Notes under the pieces: model-generated | Seen by the model: the letters and a program-made list of their open reading frames with translations, nothing else | The model's database searches: none | Told to the model about the DNA's origin: nothing | In this document: piece by piece, positions 25,603-34,884 of the stretch | How the letters are laid out: every line of letters starts with the position of its first letter | How positions within the stretch are numbered: the first letter of the stretch is position 1 | Position numbers and translations under genes: made by a program | Virus record (IMG/VR): IMGVR_UViG_3300037424_000898 | Location: 1-64,000 of that record | Origin: a virus | Strand: one strand, 5' to 3' | DNA: 64,000 bases

Positions 25603-27129
25603 ATGCCACAGCAGCAACCGCAGTCCGTCCGTCCGCCGGTCGTCATGGAGATCCCAAACGTCGGGATCGTGGAGTTCCCCGGCGACATGGACATGGCCGA
25701 GATCGAACGGCAGGCCGCTCGCCTCTACAAAGAGCAGCAGGAACAACAGCCGGCAGCCGCAGCGACGCCTTCTTTTGGTCAACGCTTCGCGCAAAACCTT
25801 CGCGACAGTCCGCCCGCCCAGCTGACGCTCGGGGCCGCGAAGGGCGTGGGTCAAATCGCGGTAGACCTCGCCCGCCTTGGCGCAAAGATCCCCGGCGTTG
25901 AAGCCTACAGCGATGCGTTGGCTGGCGAGCAAGGCGCTACCCAGCAACGTCTGACGCGGGCCGATGAAGTTCTTCAGCCGTCATCTGTAATGCAGAGTAT
26001 TGGCAAGGGCGGCGCCCAAATCGCGGCGATTGCGGCACCGGCCGGCGCGATCCGCGCAGCGGGCACAGCCGCAACTACGCGCCTCGCGCCATATGTGGGC
26101 CGCGTGGCGGCAAATGTGATTGGGCGGGGCGGGGCAGAGGCCATCGGTGGAGCGGCCTTGACGGCTGCGGCTGGCGGCGACCCGACGACTGGCGCTGTGT
26201 TCGGCGCGACAGTTCCGATCGCGGGCCGTGTTGGGCAGGCCGTATCGCAGCGCCTTACGAAGGCTGCCGAACTCTTGGTTCGCGCAGCCATCAAGCCGAC
26301 CGTCACGGCCATGCGCCGGGTTGCAGGCGCGAGCTTTACCGGCATCGACGCGAAAGCGCAGGAACTCGTCCGATTCATCATCGACAACCGCCTGACGACA
26401 CCCGAGAAGGCGCAGGCCATTCTAGCGGACGCCGAACGAAGACTTCAGCGGGCGCTCGCCATCCGCAACGCTCCCACGGATGCGGCGCTTCGAGCGCAGC
26501 ATTACCTTGACGCTCTTGAGGCGAGCGCCGCCAAGCAGGGAATGCCAGGCAAGGACGTAGCTCAGATTCGGGCGGCAGGGCGTCAACTGTTACAGGGGCC
26601 GATGGGCGAGACGGTCGGCATGACGCCAACCGGCCAGCCAATACGTGCGCTTCGCCAAAGCGTCCCGGCGAAGGAAGCCCTCGAGAGCGCCCGCGCATCC
26701 TCGAAATGGCGAACCGACAAGCAGTGGGGCGAGCTGAAGACCGTGGAAATCGAGGCCCGCAAGAAGGTCGAGCAAGCCCAGCGCGATGCCGTCAAGGATG
26801 CCGTGCCGGAGGCCAGATCGCACCTCGCAAGAGAATCGCAGGCGATCACGGCAAAGGAAGTCCTTGATCGGATGGCCTTCCGCCAAGCGAGTCGGGACGC
26901 CGTTAGCCTCCCGGCTCACGTCATCGCGGCGGCAGAAATCGCCACGGGGCGGGTGCCCGTTCTTTCGATGGCGGCAAACTGGCTCCGGAACAATCAGATG
27001 AAGGCGGGGATCTGGGCGGACGACCTGAGCAAGGCACTCGCCGCACAGAACAAGCAGAAGGTCATGGAGATCATGGAGCGGATCGTTGCGGTGGAGGCGG
27101 CGACGGCCCTCGGTGGGCAAACGCCCTAA
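25603..27129 (+). CDS. Putative internal virion / ejection protein 4
   Basis: AGGAG lies 7 nt upstream of the ATG. 508 aa, Ala-rich. Confidence 0.5.
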   Translation: MPQQQPQSVRPPVVMEIPNVGIVEFPGDMDMAEIERQAARLYKEQQEQQPAAAATPSFGQRFAQNLRDSPPAQLTLGAAKGVGQIAVDLARLGAKIPGVEAYSDALAGEQGATQQRLTRADEVLQPSSVMQSIGKGGAQIAAIAAPAGAIRAAGTAATTRLAPYVGRVAANVIGRGGAEAIGGAALTAAAGGDPTTGAVFGATVPIAGRVGQAVSQRLTKAAELLVRAAIKPTVTAMRRVAGASFTGIDAKAQELVRFIIDNRLTTPEKAQAILADAERRLQRALAIRNAPTDAALRAQHYLDALEASAAKQGMPGKDVAQIRAAGRQLLQGPMGETVGMTPTGQPIRALRQSVPAKEALESARASSKWRTDKQWGELKTVEIEARKKVEQAQRDAVKDAVPEARSHLARESQAITAKEVLDRMAFRQASRDAVSLPAHVIAAAEIATGRVPVLSMAANWLRNNQMKAGIWADDLSKALAAQNKQKVMEIMERIVAVEAATALGGQTP

Positions 27130-27400
27130 GGCCTTCATAAATGCCATACGCAAATGGGAAACCAAGCATCCAAGCGGTTGTCGCCCAGCCCCAAGTGAGG
27201 ATGTAGTGACCGACAAGAAAATAGGCGCCGAGAACCGCGAGTGGCCATTTCAGGCAGGGCCAGAGAATGCGGCCCACGGGATGAGCCGAAGGATTCGCGC
27301 TGATGCGCCGGCTCCACGAGATGACGAGCCAAGAAGTGAGGAGGCCGGATGCGAACACGCCAAACGCCCAGAGCAGGATGCCGGCCAGCTCATCGTCCAC
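27071..27400 (-). CDS. Integral membrane protein (about 3 TM segments), reverse-strand moron
   Basis: GTG start 3 nt after the stop of the upstream HNH-like gene. Hydrophobic segments: ILLWAFGVFASGLLTSWLVI, WPLAVLGAYFLVGHYIL, TTAWMLGFPFAYGI. Its 3' end overlaps the convergent gene by about 59 nt. Confidence 0.5.
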   Translation of the reverse strand: MDDELAGILLWAFGVFASGLLTSWLVISWSRRISANPSAHPVGRILWPCLKWPLAVLGAYFLVGHYILTWGWATTAWMLGFPFAYGIYEGLRAFAHRGPSPPPPQRSAP

Positions 27401-27403
27401 GGG

Positions 27404-28048
27404 TCACAGGATAGCACGTCTTGTGCGGGCGGGAGTAGTCAGGGCACGCTCGACGGCCCAGCCCGTCAGGATGCGACGCTTGAAGGCTTCCGGTGTCACG
27501 ACCGAACGGCGACCCCACTCCGCTATCGAGTGACGCTCTCCAGCGTACTCAATCAAGTGGTTGTTCCGCTTGTTGTTGGCTTGAACAACATAGTCGGCCC
27601 AACGGCAGTTCTCTGGCGAGTACGGGCCATTGTTGTCGATACGTTCGAGCGAGCGGCCTTCTGGACATGGCCCCATGTCGCGCAGGAACGCCACGAGATC
27701 ATGCCGCCACGAATCGCAGACGACGATCCCGCGGCCGCCATAACGGGGGTAGACCTTGCTATGCGAGTTGTAACACCGGGTTCTCATGGCGTGCCACGCA
27801 CGATGTTCGCGGGTGCCCGAGAGTCCGTGTGTCGTGTGGCGTTGGCGGGCGGATTCATGGTGAAGACAGCTACAACTACGGGTGTTGCCGTTCTTCAGGT
27901 TCTTGGCAATCACTATCGGCCTGCGCCCGCAATCGCACAAGCAATGCCATGCAGGGCGAGTGGCGCGAGTGCGCGGTTGTTGCAGGCGTCGTTCAGCGGT
28001 CAATCGTCCGAACCGCTGGCCGGTGAGGTCTTCTGAGAGTGGACGCAT
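27404..28048 (-). CDS. Free-standing HNH-like (degenerate) endonuclease family protein, copy 1
   Basis: Motifs: [82 protein letters not shown]. Paralogous to 30726-31364. Confidence 0.65.
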   Translation of the reverse strand: MRPLSEDLTGQRFGRLTAERRLQQPRTRATRPAWHCLCDCGRRPIVIAKNLKNGNTRSCSCLHHESARQRHTTHGLSGTREHRAWHAMRTRCYNSHSKVYPRYGGRGIVVCDSWRHDLVAFLRDMGPCPEGRSLERIDNNGPYSPENCRWADYVVQANNKRNNHLIEYAGERHSIAEWGRRSVVTPEAFKRRILTGWAVERALTTPARTRRAIL

Positions 28049-28113
28049 GAATCTATCATATCACGCGGGAAACGTGCAGTAAAGGCCGCCGAACGTAAAT
28101 GGAGTGACCGCCA

Positions 28114-30105
28114 ATGGCTTTGCCAACTTCCGCTTTGTCGCCATGCCCGAAGCTGCATTTTCTCGATGCAGACGGTGAATCGGCTGTCGGTTTTTTGCTC
28201 TGGACCTACACGACAGGGACCAGCACGCCCGAAGCCACGTACACCGACTATGGCCTGACCGCTGCCAACACGAATCCGATTGTGCTCGATTCTCGCGGAG
28301 AATGCGTAATTTACTGGGACGGGTCCGCGTTGAAGTTCGTGCTGGAGACCGCGCCAGAGGAAGGTCAGACACACGGCACAATCATCTGGACCCGTGATCC
28401 GATCCTCGACGCCGGGATGCTCATGGCCGGCGAGATGGACGCGGCCAGCGTCACGTTCACCCAAGACGGGACGAGTGCCGTCGCTACCACGGTGGCCGCG
28501 AAGCTCGAGACGGTGCTCTCCGCCCTGGACTTCGACGTGCCGAGCGATGGGCTGACCGCCTGCAACACGGCGCTCCAAGCCGCCGTGAACGAGGCGCACG
28601 CCCGGGGCGGGGGAACCGTGGTGCTGGAGCCAGGGACGTACCTCTTCAGTGGCACGCCCGTCACCCTGTATTCGGACACGACGATTCAGGGCACGAGAGG
28701 CGCGACCATCCTCGACGGTGCCGCCTCGACCGTGCTGGCCTGCTTCATCAACGCAGCCGTGGGGAGTCTTGACAGTACGTATATGCGGCCGGTTGGCGAT
28801 GGATGGAAGACGGCGAACGACCGCAACGAGCGGATTGCGCTGCGCGGGTTGAGCTTTACCGGCGTGGCCCGCCGCTGTTTCGTCTTCGCGGGCGTGGACC
28901 GCCTCACCATCGAAGACTGCACCTTCGAGTCCGACAGTGGGGCGGGAGATGGGACGGCGGGCCTGCAGATGATTGGGGATCTCTGTGGGGCCATGTCGGA
29001 TGTTCGGTTCCTGCACAACACGGCCATCGACTGCAAGGCGGGGCTGTACATCCGCCCGGGCGCCATCGGGACAGCCGGGGTCCATGCGTCGGCCGAGGCC
29101 GTGACAGACGTGCTCATTCAGGGCAACCTGTTCGACCATCCGACGGCGGGCGACTGCGACAGCCAGATCCTTGCCCAAACCTTCTGGGGCCTGCTCGCCC
29201 GGGTGACGATCCTCGACAACATCGTCCGAACGAACACGAATGTGGATCCGCACACGCTTCTGCTCGCGGGCATCGACGCGAGCGCGGACGAGGCGAACGC
29301 CACGTTCGAGGGGCTGGTGATTCGCGGGAACGTCGTCAAGTCGCTGAACACGACCGACGACGTGACGGGCATTCAGACGGTCAATGCGGGGGACGCCGGC
29401 GACCTGTCCGACGTCATCATTGCCGGCAACGTCGTGGATGGATGCCTCACGGCCGGTATCGACCCGTCCGTAGCAGGACAGACGTGGAACAACGTGGTGA
29501 ACGGCGTCATGTGCCAGCGGGACGTCGTGCAGATGACGTATGGGACCACGGCGCCGACGACGAGCACGTGGGCCGTCGGTGCCATCTGCTGGAACACGAC
29601 GCCGGCAGATAGCGGGTGGGTCGGGTGGGTCTGCAAGACGGCCGGCACGCCGGGGTCATGGCGGGGATTCGGCGTGCTCGAAGCCGCATCGGGCAGCGTC
29701 AGTCCATCAGCATCCACGAGTGCGAGCCCGAGTCTATCGGCCTCGTCCACGGCAAGCGTTTCGCCGAGCAAGTCGGCAAGCGTGTCGCCGAGCGTATCTG
29801 AGTCGGTCAGTGCCAGCGTCTCGCCGAGTAAGTCCGAGAGCGCGTCTCCGAGCGTGTCCGCGTCGATGAGTGCGAGTGTGTCGCCCAGCAAGTCCGAAAG
29901 CGCTTCGCCAAGTCTCAGCGAAAGCGCGAGCGCCAGTGTGTCGCCGAGCGTGAGCGCAAGTGTCTCACCAAGTAAGTCCGAAAGCGCGTCACCAAGCATC
30001 AGTGAAAGCGCGAGCGAGAGCGTGTCTCCGTCAGTCAGCGAGAGCGCCTCGCCTTCGGTCAGCGAGAGCATGAGTCCAAGCGTCTCCCCGAGCGCTTCAG
30101 CGTAA
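28114..30105 (+). CDS. Tailspike / depolymerase with a right-handed beta-helix (pectate-lyase-3-like) and a C-terminal (Ser-X)n tail
   Basis: The N-terminal fibre-anchor motif is [51 protein letters not shown]. The motif [28 protein letters not shown] is typical of Pectate_lyase_3 tailspikes. Confidence 0.8.
   Translation: MALPTSALSPCPKLHFLDADGESAVGFLLWTYTTGTSTPEATYTDYGLTAANTNPIVLDSRGECVIYWDGSALKFVLETAPEEGQTHGTIIWTRDPILDAGMLMAGEMDAASVTFTQDGTSAVATTVAAKLETVLSALDFDVPSDGLTACNTALQAAVNEAHARGGGTVVLEPGTYLFSGTPVTLYSDTTIQGTRGATILDGAASTVLACFINAAVGSLDSTYMRPVGDGWKTANDRNERIALRGLSFTGVARRCFVFAGVDRLTIEDCTFESDSGAGDGTAGLQMIGDLCGAMSDVRFLHNTAIDCKAGLYIRPGAIGTAGVHASAEAVTDVLIQGNLFDHPTAGDCDSQILAQTFWGLLARVTILDNIVRTNTNVDPHTLLLAGIDASADEANATFEGLVIRGNVVKSLNTTDDVTGIQTVNAGDAGDLSDVIIAGNVVDGCLTAGIDPSVAGQTWNNVVNGVMCQRDVVQMTYGTTAPTTSTWAVGAICWNTTPADSGWVGWVCKTAGTPGSWRGFGVLEAASGSVSPSASTSASPSLSASSTASVSPSKSASVSPSVSESVSASVSPSKSESASPSVSASMSASVSPSKSESASPSLSESASASVSPSVSASVSPSKSESASPSISESASESVSPSVSESASPSVSESMSPSVSPSASA
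29689..30102 (+). repeat. Coding (Ser-X)n tract, about 138 aa, at the C-terminus of the tailspike
   Basis: [71 protein letters not shown]... Confidence 0.9.
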
Positions 30106-30118
30106 AGGAACCGAGCAC

Positions 30119-30457
30119 ATGGTCAATCATCTCCTGCATCGCATCATGCGAGCGCTCAGAGGACCGAGCGGCGTCGCAGCCTTATGCTTCTTCACCATGA
30201 ACGGGATGCAAGCGCCAATCGGAGGGCTGCCGAGCGGAACGTTTGGCGAAGCCGATTTTCTCAAGTGGGCGCTTACCCAAGGAGGGTTAGTGCTCGTGCT
30301 GATCGTGGTCTTCTGGTCGTATCGCCGCGACTTCGTCGGCATTCTGCGACAAGAGCAGGAGCGCACGAAGATCCTGACTGACCTCGTGAGTCAGAGCACG
30401 GTGGCTCTGACGAGGATGGCCGATGCTGTGGGCGACTGCCCGCTGAAGCTCCGATAA
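30119..30457 (+). CDS. Single-pass membrane protein (holin candidate, weak)
   Basis: 112 aa with one TM segment (GGLVLVLIVVFWSY) followed by a charged helix. Confidence 0.45.
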   Translation: MVNHLLHRIMRALRGPSGVAALCFFTMNGMQAPIGGLPSGTFGEADFLKWALTQGGLVLVLIVVFWSYRRDFVGILRQEQERTKILTDLVSQSTVALTRMADAVGDCPLKLR

Positions 30458-30678
30458 TGGCCGGCTATCCATCTGACCCACCGGACACGACGCGCAAGGT
30501 CTGGCCGAAGTACAAGCACGTCTCGTGCGGCACGCTCAACACGTATGTCCCCGCCGGCCAACCTGGCACGGACGTCTGGTGTCAGGGCTGCCGGCGTTAC
30601 GTCCCGCCCGAGGAGTGTGAGTGGCTGTCGAGCGGGCGGTCACTGGCGGCGAGATTCCTGCCGGAGAGGACACGATGA
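30457..30678 (+). CDS. Small Cys4 zinc-ribbon protein
   Basis: The ATG overlaps the upstream TAA. Contains HVSCGT...VWCQGCRRYVPPEECEW. Confidence 0.45.
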   Translation: MAGYPSDPPDTTRKVWPKYKHVSCGTLNTYVPAGQPGTDVWCQGCRRYVPPEECEWLSSGRSLAARFLPERTR

Positions 30679-30725
30679 CGACCGCGCTCGACTCAGACGA
30701 TCCGCCGATGAGGCGCGATGCAGGA

Positions 30726-31364
30726 TTACGAGGTTCGCGGGGCAAGCGCGAGTTCCAATGGCCAGCGTCTCAGTCTGCCGGTCAGAGCTGCGTGCGTCAG
30801 GCCAAGGCGACGGGCCCACTGGGCTACCGTAAGGCGCTCATCGCCGAACTCGATCCAGCGATTTGTCGATCGACTCTCGGGCTGACGGGAACCCAAAAAT
30901 CGGCGATTAGATACTTGGGTAGTTGGAGATGACCAGTGGCAGTTCTCCGGGGAGTACGGCCCGTCGTTGTCTATGCGGTTTAGCGTGTGTCGTGGTGACG
31001 GCTTCAGACCCATGTCGGCAAAGAACGATTCGAACGAGGCGATCCACTGAGAACAGACCTTGATACCACGTGCACCGTAGTACTTGAAGTTGGAGGCCCG
31101 AGTGTTGAGGCAGCGCGCTTTCATGGCCTGCCATGATCGATACTCGGCAGTAAGGGTCCGACCATGCGTCTTAGTGAGCGGCGGGCGCGACCTCCGGTAA
31201 CAGCCACAGGAAACAATGCGGCCGCGTCGGAGCGCCGTCGTATTGACCACGGCTTCGGCGCCACAATCGCATTGGCAGCGCCAAGCCTTGCGCACGTGGT
31301 CATAGTCGATGGCGCGGAGCCGCCCAAATCGTTCTCCGGCGATGGCGATAAGGGTTCTGGGCAT
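30726..31364 (-). CDS. Free-standing HNH-like (degenerate) endonuclease family protein, copy 2
   Basis: Motifs: [74 protein letters not shown]. Its start lies only 16 nt from the divergent endolysin start. Confidence 0.65.
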   Translation of the reverse strand: MPRTLIAIAGERFGRLRAIDYDHVRKAWRCQCDCGAEAVVNTTALRRGRIVSCGCYRRSRPPLTKTHGRTLTAEYRSWQAMKARCLNTRASNFKYYGARGIKVCSQWIASFESFFADMGLKPSPRHTLNRIDNDGPYSPENCHWSSPTTQVSNRRFLGSRQPESRSTNRWIEFGDERLTVAQWARRLGLTHAALTGRLRRWPLELALAPRTS

Positions 31365-31380
31365 TCTGCAACTATATCAC

Positions 31381-31827
31381 ATGGACATCACTGCCTTTGA
31401 TATTGCGATGCGGTTCGTGGGGGTCAAGGAGGCGCAGGGCGTCGCCTCTAACCCTCTCATCTTGGCGATGCTCCGCCTCGATGACTCGTGGCCCCAAGGA
31501 GATCATGTTCCGTGGTGTTCCGCGTTCGTGGCGTTCGTGGCGTGGCTGCTTGAACTGCCGCGGTCGCGCTCTCTCGCGGCAAGGTCCTGGCTGCAAGTCG
31601 GGGCGCCCGTGGCGATTGCCGACGCGAAGCCGGGGAACGACGTCGTGATCCTCTCGCGCGGGGTGGATGCGCCTGGCGCGGGCGTGCTCTCGGCGCCGGG
31701 GCATGTCGGGTGGTATGTGGGCCGAGAGGGGGACCAGGTGCTCGTGCTCGGCGGGAATCAGGGGGACGCGGTGTCGGTCGCGCCGTTTCCGGTGGCGCGG
31801 GTGCTTGGCGTGCGCCGGCTGGCGTGA
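31381..31827 (+). CDS. Endolysin, TIGR02594-type (NlpC/P60 or CHAP-like peptidoglycan peptidase)
   Basis: Motifs: GVKEAQGVASNPLI, VPWCSAFVAFV, RSRSLAARSWLQVG, PGHVGWYVG, VLGGNQGDAVSV. This is a close match to the remembered family consensus. Confidence 0.8.
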   Translation: MDITAFDIAMRFVGVKEAQGVASNPLILAMLRLDDSWPQGDHVPWCSAFVAFVAWLLELPRSRSLAARSWLQVGAPVAIADAKPGNDVVILSRGVDAPGAGVLSAPGHVGWYVGREGDQVLVLGGNQGDAVSVAPFPVARVLGVRRLA

Positions 31828-31842
31828 AGCGGGAGTCCTGAG

Positions 31843-32106
31843 ATGTATCTGCTGACGGCCATGCTGCTCTTCGTCGTCGGTCAGGGCTACGTCACCCTGC
31901 CGAATCCGCCGACGTTTCCGGGCGTGATGATCTCGGTCATTGTCGGATCCGAGGGGCCGTCGAACGCGATCGTCACGGAGCTGTACCCGTCTGGAGTGAC
32001 CGTGCACATGATCGCGGTGTCGGTTCCGCCGACCGTGGTAGTGGCGGCACGCGAGGGCTGTCCGATGCGGGACGGGTGTGCAGTCGTCGTGCGGGAGAGT
32101 TCATGA
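31843..32106 (+). CDS. Small protein with an N-terminal TM or signal segment
   Basis: 87 aa starting MYLLTAMLLFVVGQG, immediately downstream of the endolysin. Confidence 0.45.
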   Translation: MYLLTAMLLFVVGQGYVTLPNPPTFPGVMISVIVGSEGPSNAIVTELYPSGVTVHMIAVSVPPTVVVAAREGCPMRDGCAVVVRESS

Positions 32107-32423
32107 GCGTCGAACGATTGCCGGAGCCGCCGTTGCACCGGCAGGAGCACGCGCCGCAGTGGTTCCGGTCCAACCCGGCGTATGTGAATCGGATTCAGCG
32201 GCTTCTCTGGGCGCGTACGGCCATTCAGCGACTCTCGCAGATCGTCGAGCGGATGGTGTTGGAGTTTCCGGACGCACTCGGGTCGATGCATGACCCGCGG
32301 CCGGCCATGGCGTATCAGCGGGAGCGGGAGGTAGACGAGCGAATCCAGATCATCGTGCGGGATGTGCAGGAGTTGTTGGTGCTCGCGCATGAAGCGCGGC
32401 AGGAAAAGAAGAGGGCAGGATGA
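32103..32423 (+). CDS. Hypothetical helical protein
   Basis: ATGA overlap start. 106 aa. Confidence 0.45.
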   Translation: MSVERLPEPPLHRQEHAPQWFRSNPAYVNRIQRLLWARTAIQRLSQIVERMVLEFPDALGSMHDPRPAMAYQREREVDERIQIIVRDVQELLVLAHEARQEKKRAG

Positions 32424-32830
32424 TGAGAAAAGCACTGTTCGTCGTCGTCGCGTTGCTGATCGCGGGGCCGGCATTCTCTCAGACGGTCGGGATACGGAGT
32501 GGGCAGCAGGCGTCCGCGCTCCCGGCAAATCAGGTGTACGTGGGACAGGCGTTCTCGGTTGTGGGCAACCACGACGGATGGGTGACGAACGAATACACGG
32601 TACAGATCACCGGCCCGACCGGCTACACCGCCACGCTCCCGGTGACGGCGCTGGCCGGCGGGGAGATCGTGTTTCCGGTGCCGAGTGGGCTCAGTCAGGT
32701 GGGCAACTACAGCGTGATCATCACGGCGACGGGCGATGGAGGGTCCACGCCCAGCGACCCTTTCGTATTCGATGTCGTCGCGGTCCCCGCCGCTCCAGCG
32801 AAGGTGACGAACACCTCGATCCGGAAGTGA
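32420..32830 (+). CDS. Secreted protein (Sec signal peptide, Ig-like beta-rich body)
   Basis: Starts MMRKALFVVVALLIAGPAFS-QTV. ATGA overlap start. Confidence 0.6.
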   Translation: MMRKALFVVVALLIAGPAFSQTVGIRSGQQASALPANQVYVGQAFSVVGNHDGWVTNEYTVQITGPTGYTATLPVTALAGGEIVFPVPSGLSQVGNYSVIITATGDGGSTPSDPFVFDVVAVPAAPAKVTNTSIRK

Positions 32831-32834
32831 CGAG

Positions 32835-33248
32835 ATGAGCGACAGGTTGCGAATCGCGATCGTGCTCCTGATGGCGCTGGCGTTCCTGCTCGCCGCTGCG
32901 GCCGTGCTGTTCGCTCAGGAGCCGCCGTGCCGTGGCCCGCGCTCCTGGGCGATGGACACGCTCATGGTCGTGGGCATCGGCGAGGCGGGGGCGGACGTGG
33001 GCCTGAGCATCTACGCCTTTCAGGCGGCGGGCGCGAGGGAACTCAATCCGGCGCTCGCTCCGCTGTCGAAGACGCCGGCCGCGTTCGGCTTCGTGTCGGC
33101 GGCGGGAACCGGTGTCGGGCTCGTGCTCACCGACCGGCTGCACGACCGGCATCCCCGCTGGGCGCTTCTCGCGCGAGTCGGGATCGTGGTGGCGAAGGGC
33201 GCGGTGATCGCGTGGAACATCCGCGAACTGAAAAGGGCAGGACGATGA
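32835..33248 (+). CDS. Integral membrane protein (about 4 TM segments)
   Basis: Hydrophobic segments: IAIVLLMALAFLLAAAAVLF, LMVVGIGEAGADVGLSIYAF, AAFGFVSAAGTGVGLVL, LARVGIVVAKGAVIAW. Confidence 0.55.
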   Translation: MSDRLRIAIVLLMALAFLLAAAAVLFAQEPPCRGPRSWAMDTLMVVGIGEAGADVGLSIYAFQAAGARELNPALAPLSKTPAAFGFVSAAGTGVGLVLTDRLHDRHPRWALLARVGIVVAKGAVIAWNIRELKRAGR

Positions 33249-33460
33249 CGCGTGATCGGGCGTGGCGCCGCGCGCAGCGGAAGCGATTCATCATACGGTG
33301 GCTGTTCCGAATCCGGAATATTTGGTCGCCGTACTTTCAGGATGACCGGTGGACCGAACGAACCGCGCGGCTGCGCGCCCGGACGCGAACGCCCTGTTCG
33401 TGCTACCTCCATCACCCCGAGTCGTCGCTGAGTATTCGTGATCTGCGGAGGATGGAATGA
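33245..33460 (+). CDS. Small basic protein
   Basis: ATGA overlaps at both ends. 71 aa. Confidence 0.4.
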   Translation: MTRDRAWRRAQRKRFIIRWLFRIRNIWSPYFQDDRWTERTARLRARTRTPCSCYLHHPESSLSIRDLRRME

Positions 33461-34731
33461 TTGAACGAACCGAAGCCGAGATCGAGACGTTCTGCGAGGC
33501 CCTGAGCGCGCGGTACGTCACCAGTGGCGAGAAGCAGACGGTTCACATGCTCGGGCAGTCGCTCGCGTTCTGGCTGCGGGCCTATCTGACGGGCGCGGAG
33601 CCCGAGTCCATCATGGCGTATCTGGGCCAGGTGCTTCCGCCGATTCCGGCGCCGCCCGCTCCGACTCCGCGGCCTGAGATGCTGCGCGCGGAAGGGCGCT
33701 CCTTCTACCGGCCCGATGGCTCGCTCGCGCGCATCGTCGGCGCGTCCGCCTTCGCATGGGCCTTGCGTCTGATCGACGGGGAGGACGTCTCGCCGACGCT
33801 TGCCTGGTGGCGGAAGCGCGGCGTCACCCATCCGCGCATCTTCATGATGCTGTCGTGGACGCCGGGCGCGCAGAAGGTCCTCTCGCCGGCGGATCTGGAC
33901 AACGTGCTGGCGTACCTGCACCGAGAGAACTTCGCGGCCGATGTCGTGCTGCTGGCCGACTGCCAGCGGATCCCCGGCTGCGAGAAGCTGGATTGGCAGA
34001 AGCGCCACGTCCAGGCACACCGGAGCGTCCTCGTCGATCATCCGCAGGCCATCGCCGAACTCGGCAACGAGTGGCGGTACAACGGCTGGTGTCCCGCAGA
34101 CTTCGCCCTACTCGATCTGCCGCAGCCGTGGTCGATGGGCAGTGCCGGCGGTGAGGAAGCTCCGCCTGTCGGCGGGACATTTCTCAGCTACGAGCCGGGC
34201 CGCAGTGACGACTACATGCGGAAGTGCGGGAAGCAGGGCGCCGAACACTCATACCTCGGCGCGGATGATGTTGCCCCGGCCGGCGTGCCTGCGTGGGACG
34301 TCGAGCCGATGGGCTACGACGAGACCTACCAGCCGGGCCGGCGGGACAACTCCCCGCTCAGAGCTTACGACGCGGCCTGCTGTTCGTTCCTGTTCCTGCC
34401 GGCCTACACGTTCCACTCGGAAGCGGGCTTACTCGGCAACGTCCCCGGCCCGGTGACGGATGCCTGCATGGCGGCGGTTGCGCAAGCCGCTCGGGACGTC
34501 CCGCTCGACGCGCATCTAGGCCACTACACGCGCGGCGGTCTCGACGACTGCCCGCTCGAACACTCCGACGACACCGCGCTCCGGACCTACGCCATGATCG
34601 CGCCGGACGGTCGGACGGCGACGGCACTCGTCGTGGACAAGTGGTACGTGGGCACACCGAAGGCGCGCGGGGACTGGGCCGTTCGTTCTACGCTCGGCGA
34701 CCGGCAGCAACTCGTCTTTCTGGAGAGGTGA
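33457..34731 (+). CDS. Putative TIM-barrel glycoside hydrolase (GH5-like NE motif)
   Basis: 424 aa. AIAELGNEWRYNGW resembles the GH5 acid/base NE signature. The assignment is weak. Confidence 0.35.
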   Translation: MIERTEAEIETFCEALSARYVTSGEKQTVHMLGQSLAFWLRAYLTGAEPESIMAYLGQVLPPIPAPPAPTPRPEMLRAEGRSFYRPDGSLARIVGASAFAWALRLIDGEDVSPTLAWWRKRGVTHPRIFMMLSWTPGAQKVLSPADLDNVLAYLHRENFAADVVLLADCQRIPGCEKLDWQKRHVQAHRSVLVDHPQAIAELGNEWRYNGWCPADFALLDLPQPWSMGSAGGEEAPPVGGTFLSYEPGRSDDYMRKCGKQGAEHSYLGADDVAPAGVPAWDVEPMGYDETYQPGRRDNSPLRAYDAACCSFLFLPAYTFHSEAGLLGNVPGPVTDACMAAVAQAARDVPLDAHLGHYTRGGLDDCPLEHSDDTALRTYAMIAPDGRTATALVVDKWYVGTPKARGDWAVRSTLGDRQQLVFLER

Positions 34732-34736
34732 GAGAC

Positions 34737-34883
34737 ATGGACTACTTGAAGTGGATTCCGTTCATTTCGGCGAATTACAACGACGTGCAGACCCTTCTCA
34801 AGGGCATGATGGATCTTGCGCCCGTCGTGAGTCGGCTCTTGGCGAAGGCGAAGGAAGCCGGCCTCTTGGAATCGAAGTCCTGA
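34737..34883 (+). CDS. Small hypothetical protein
   Basis: GGAGAGGTGAGAGAC precedes the ATG. 48 aa. Confidence 0.35.
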   Translation: MDYLKWIPFISANYNDVQTLLKGMMDLAPVVSRLLAKAKEAGLLESKS

Positions 34884-34884
34884 C

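Noticed and set aside
10101-27129. Genome-wide reassignment of TAG (alternative genetic code)
   Set aside because: No gene needs an internal TAG to stay open. Every TAG lies at a natural gene end, usually followed by a start codon and often by an RBS. TAG also ends genes whose successors are in other frames. Only local read-through remains as a hypothesis.
27086-28036. 316-aa plus-strand ORF across the 27.1-28.0 kb region
   Set aside because: The opposite strand encodes a protein with a full set of family motifs shared with its paralog at 30726-31364. The plus-strand translation is Arg/Ala-rich and has no motifs.
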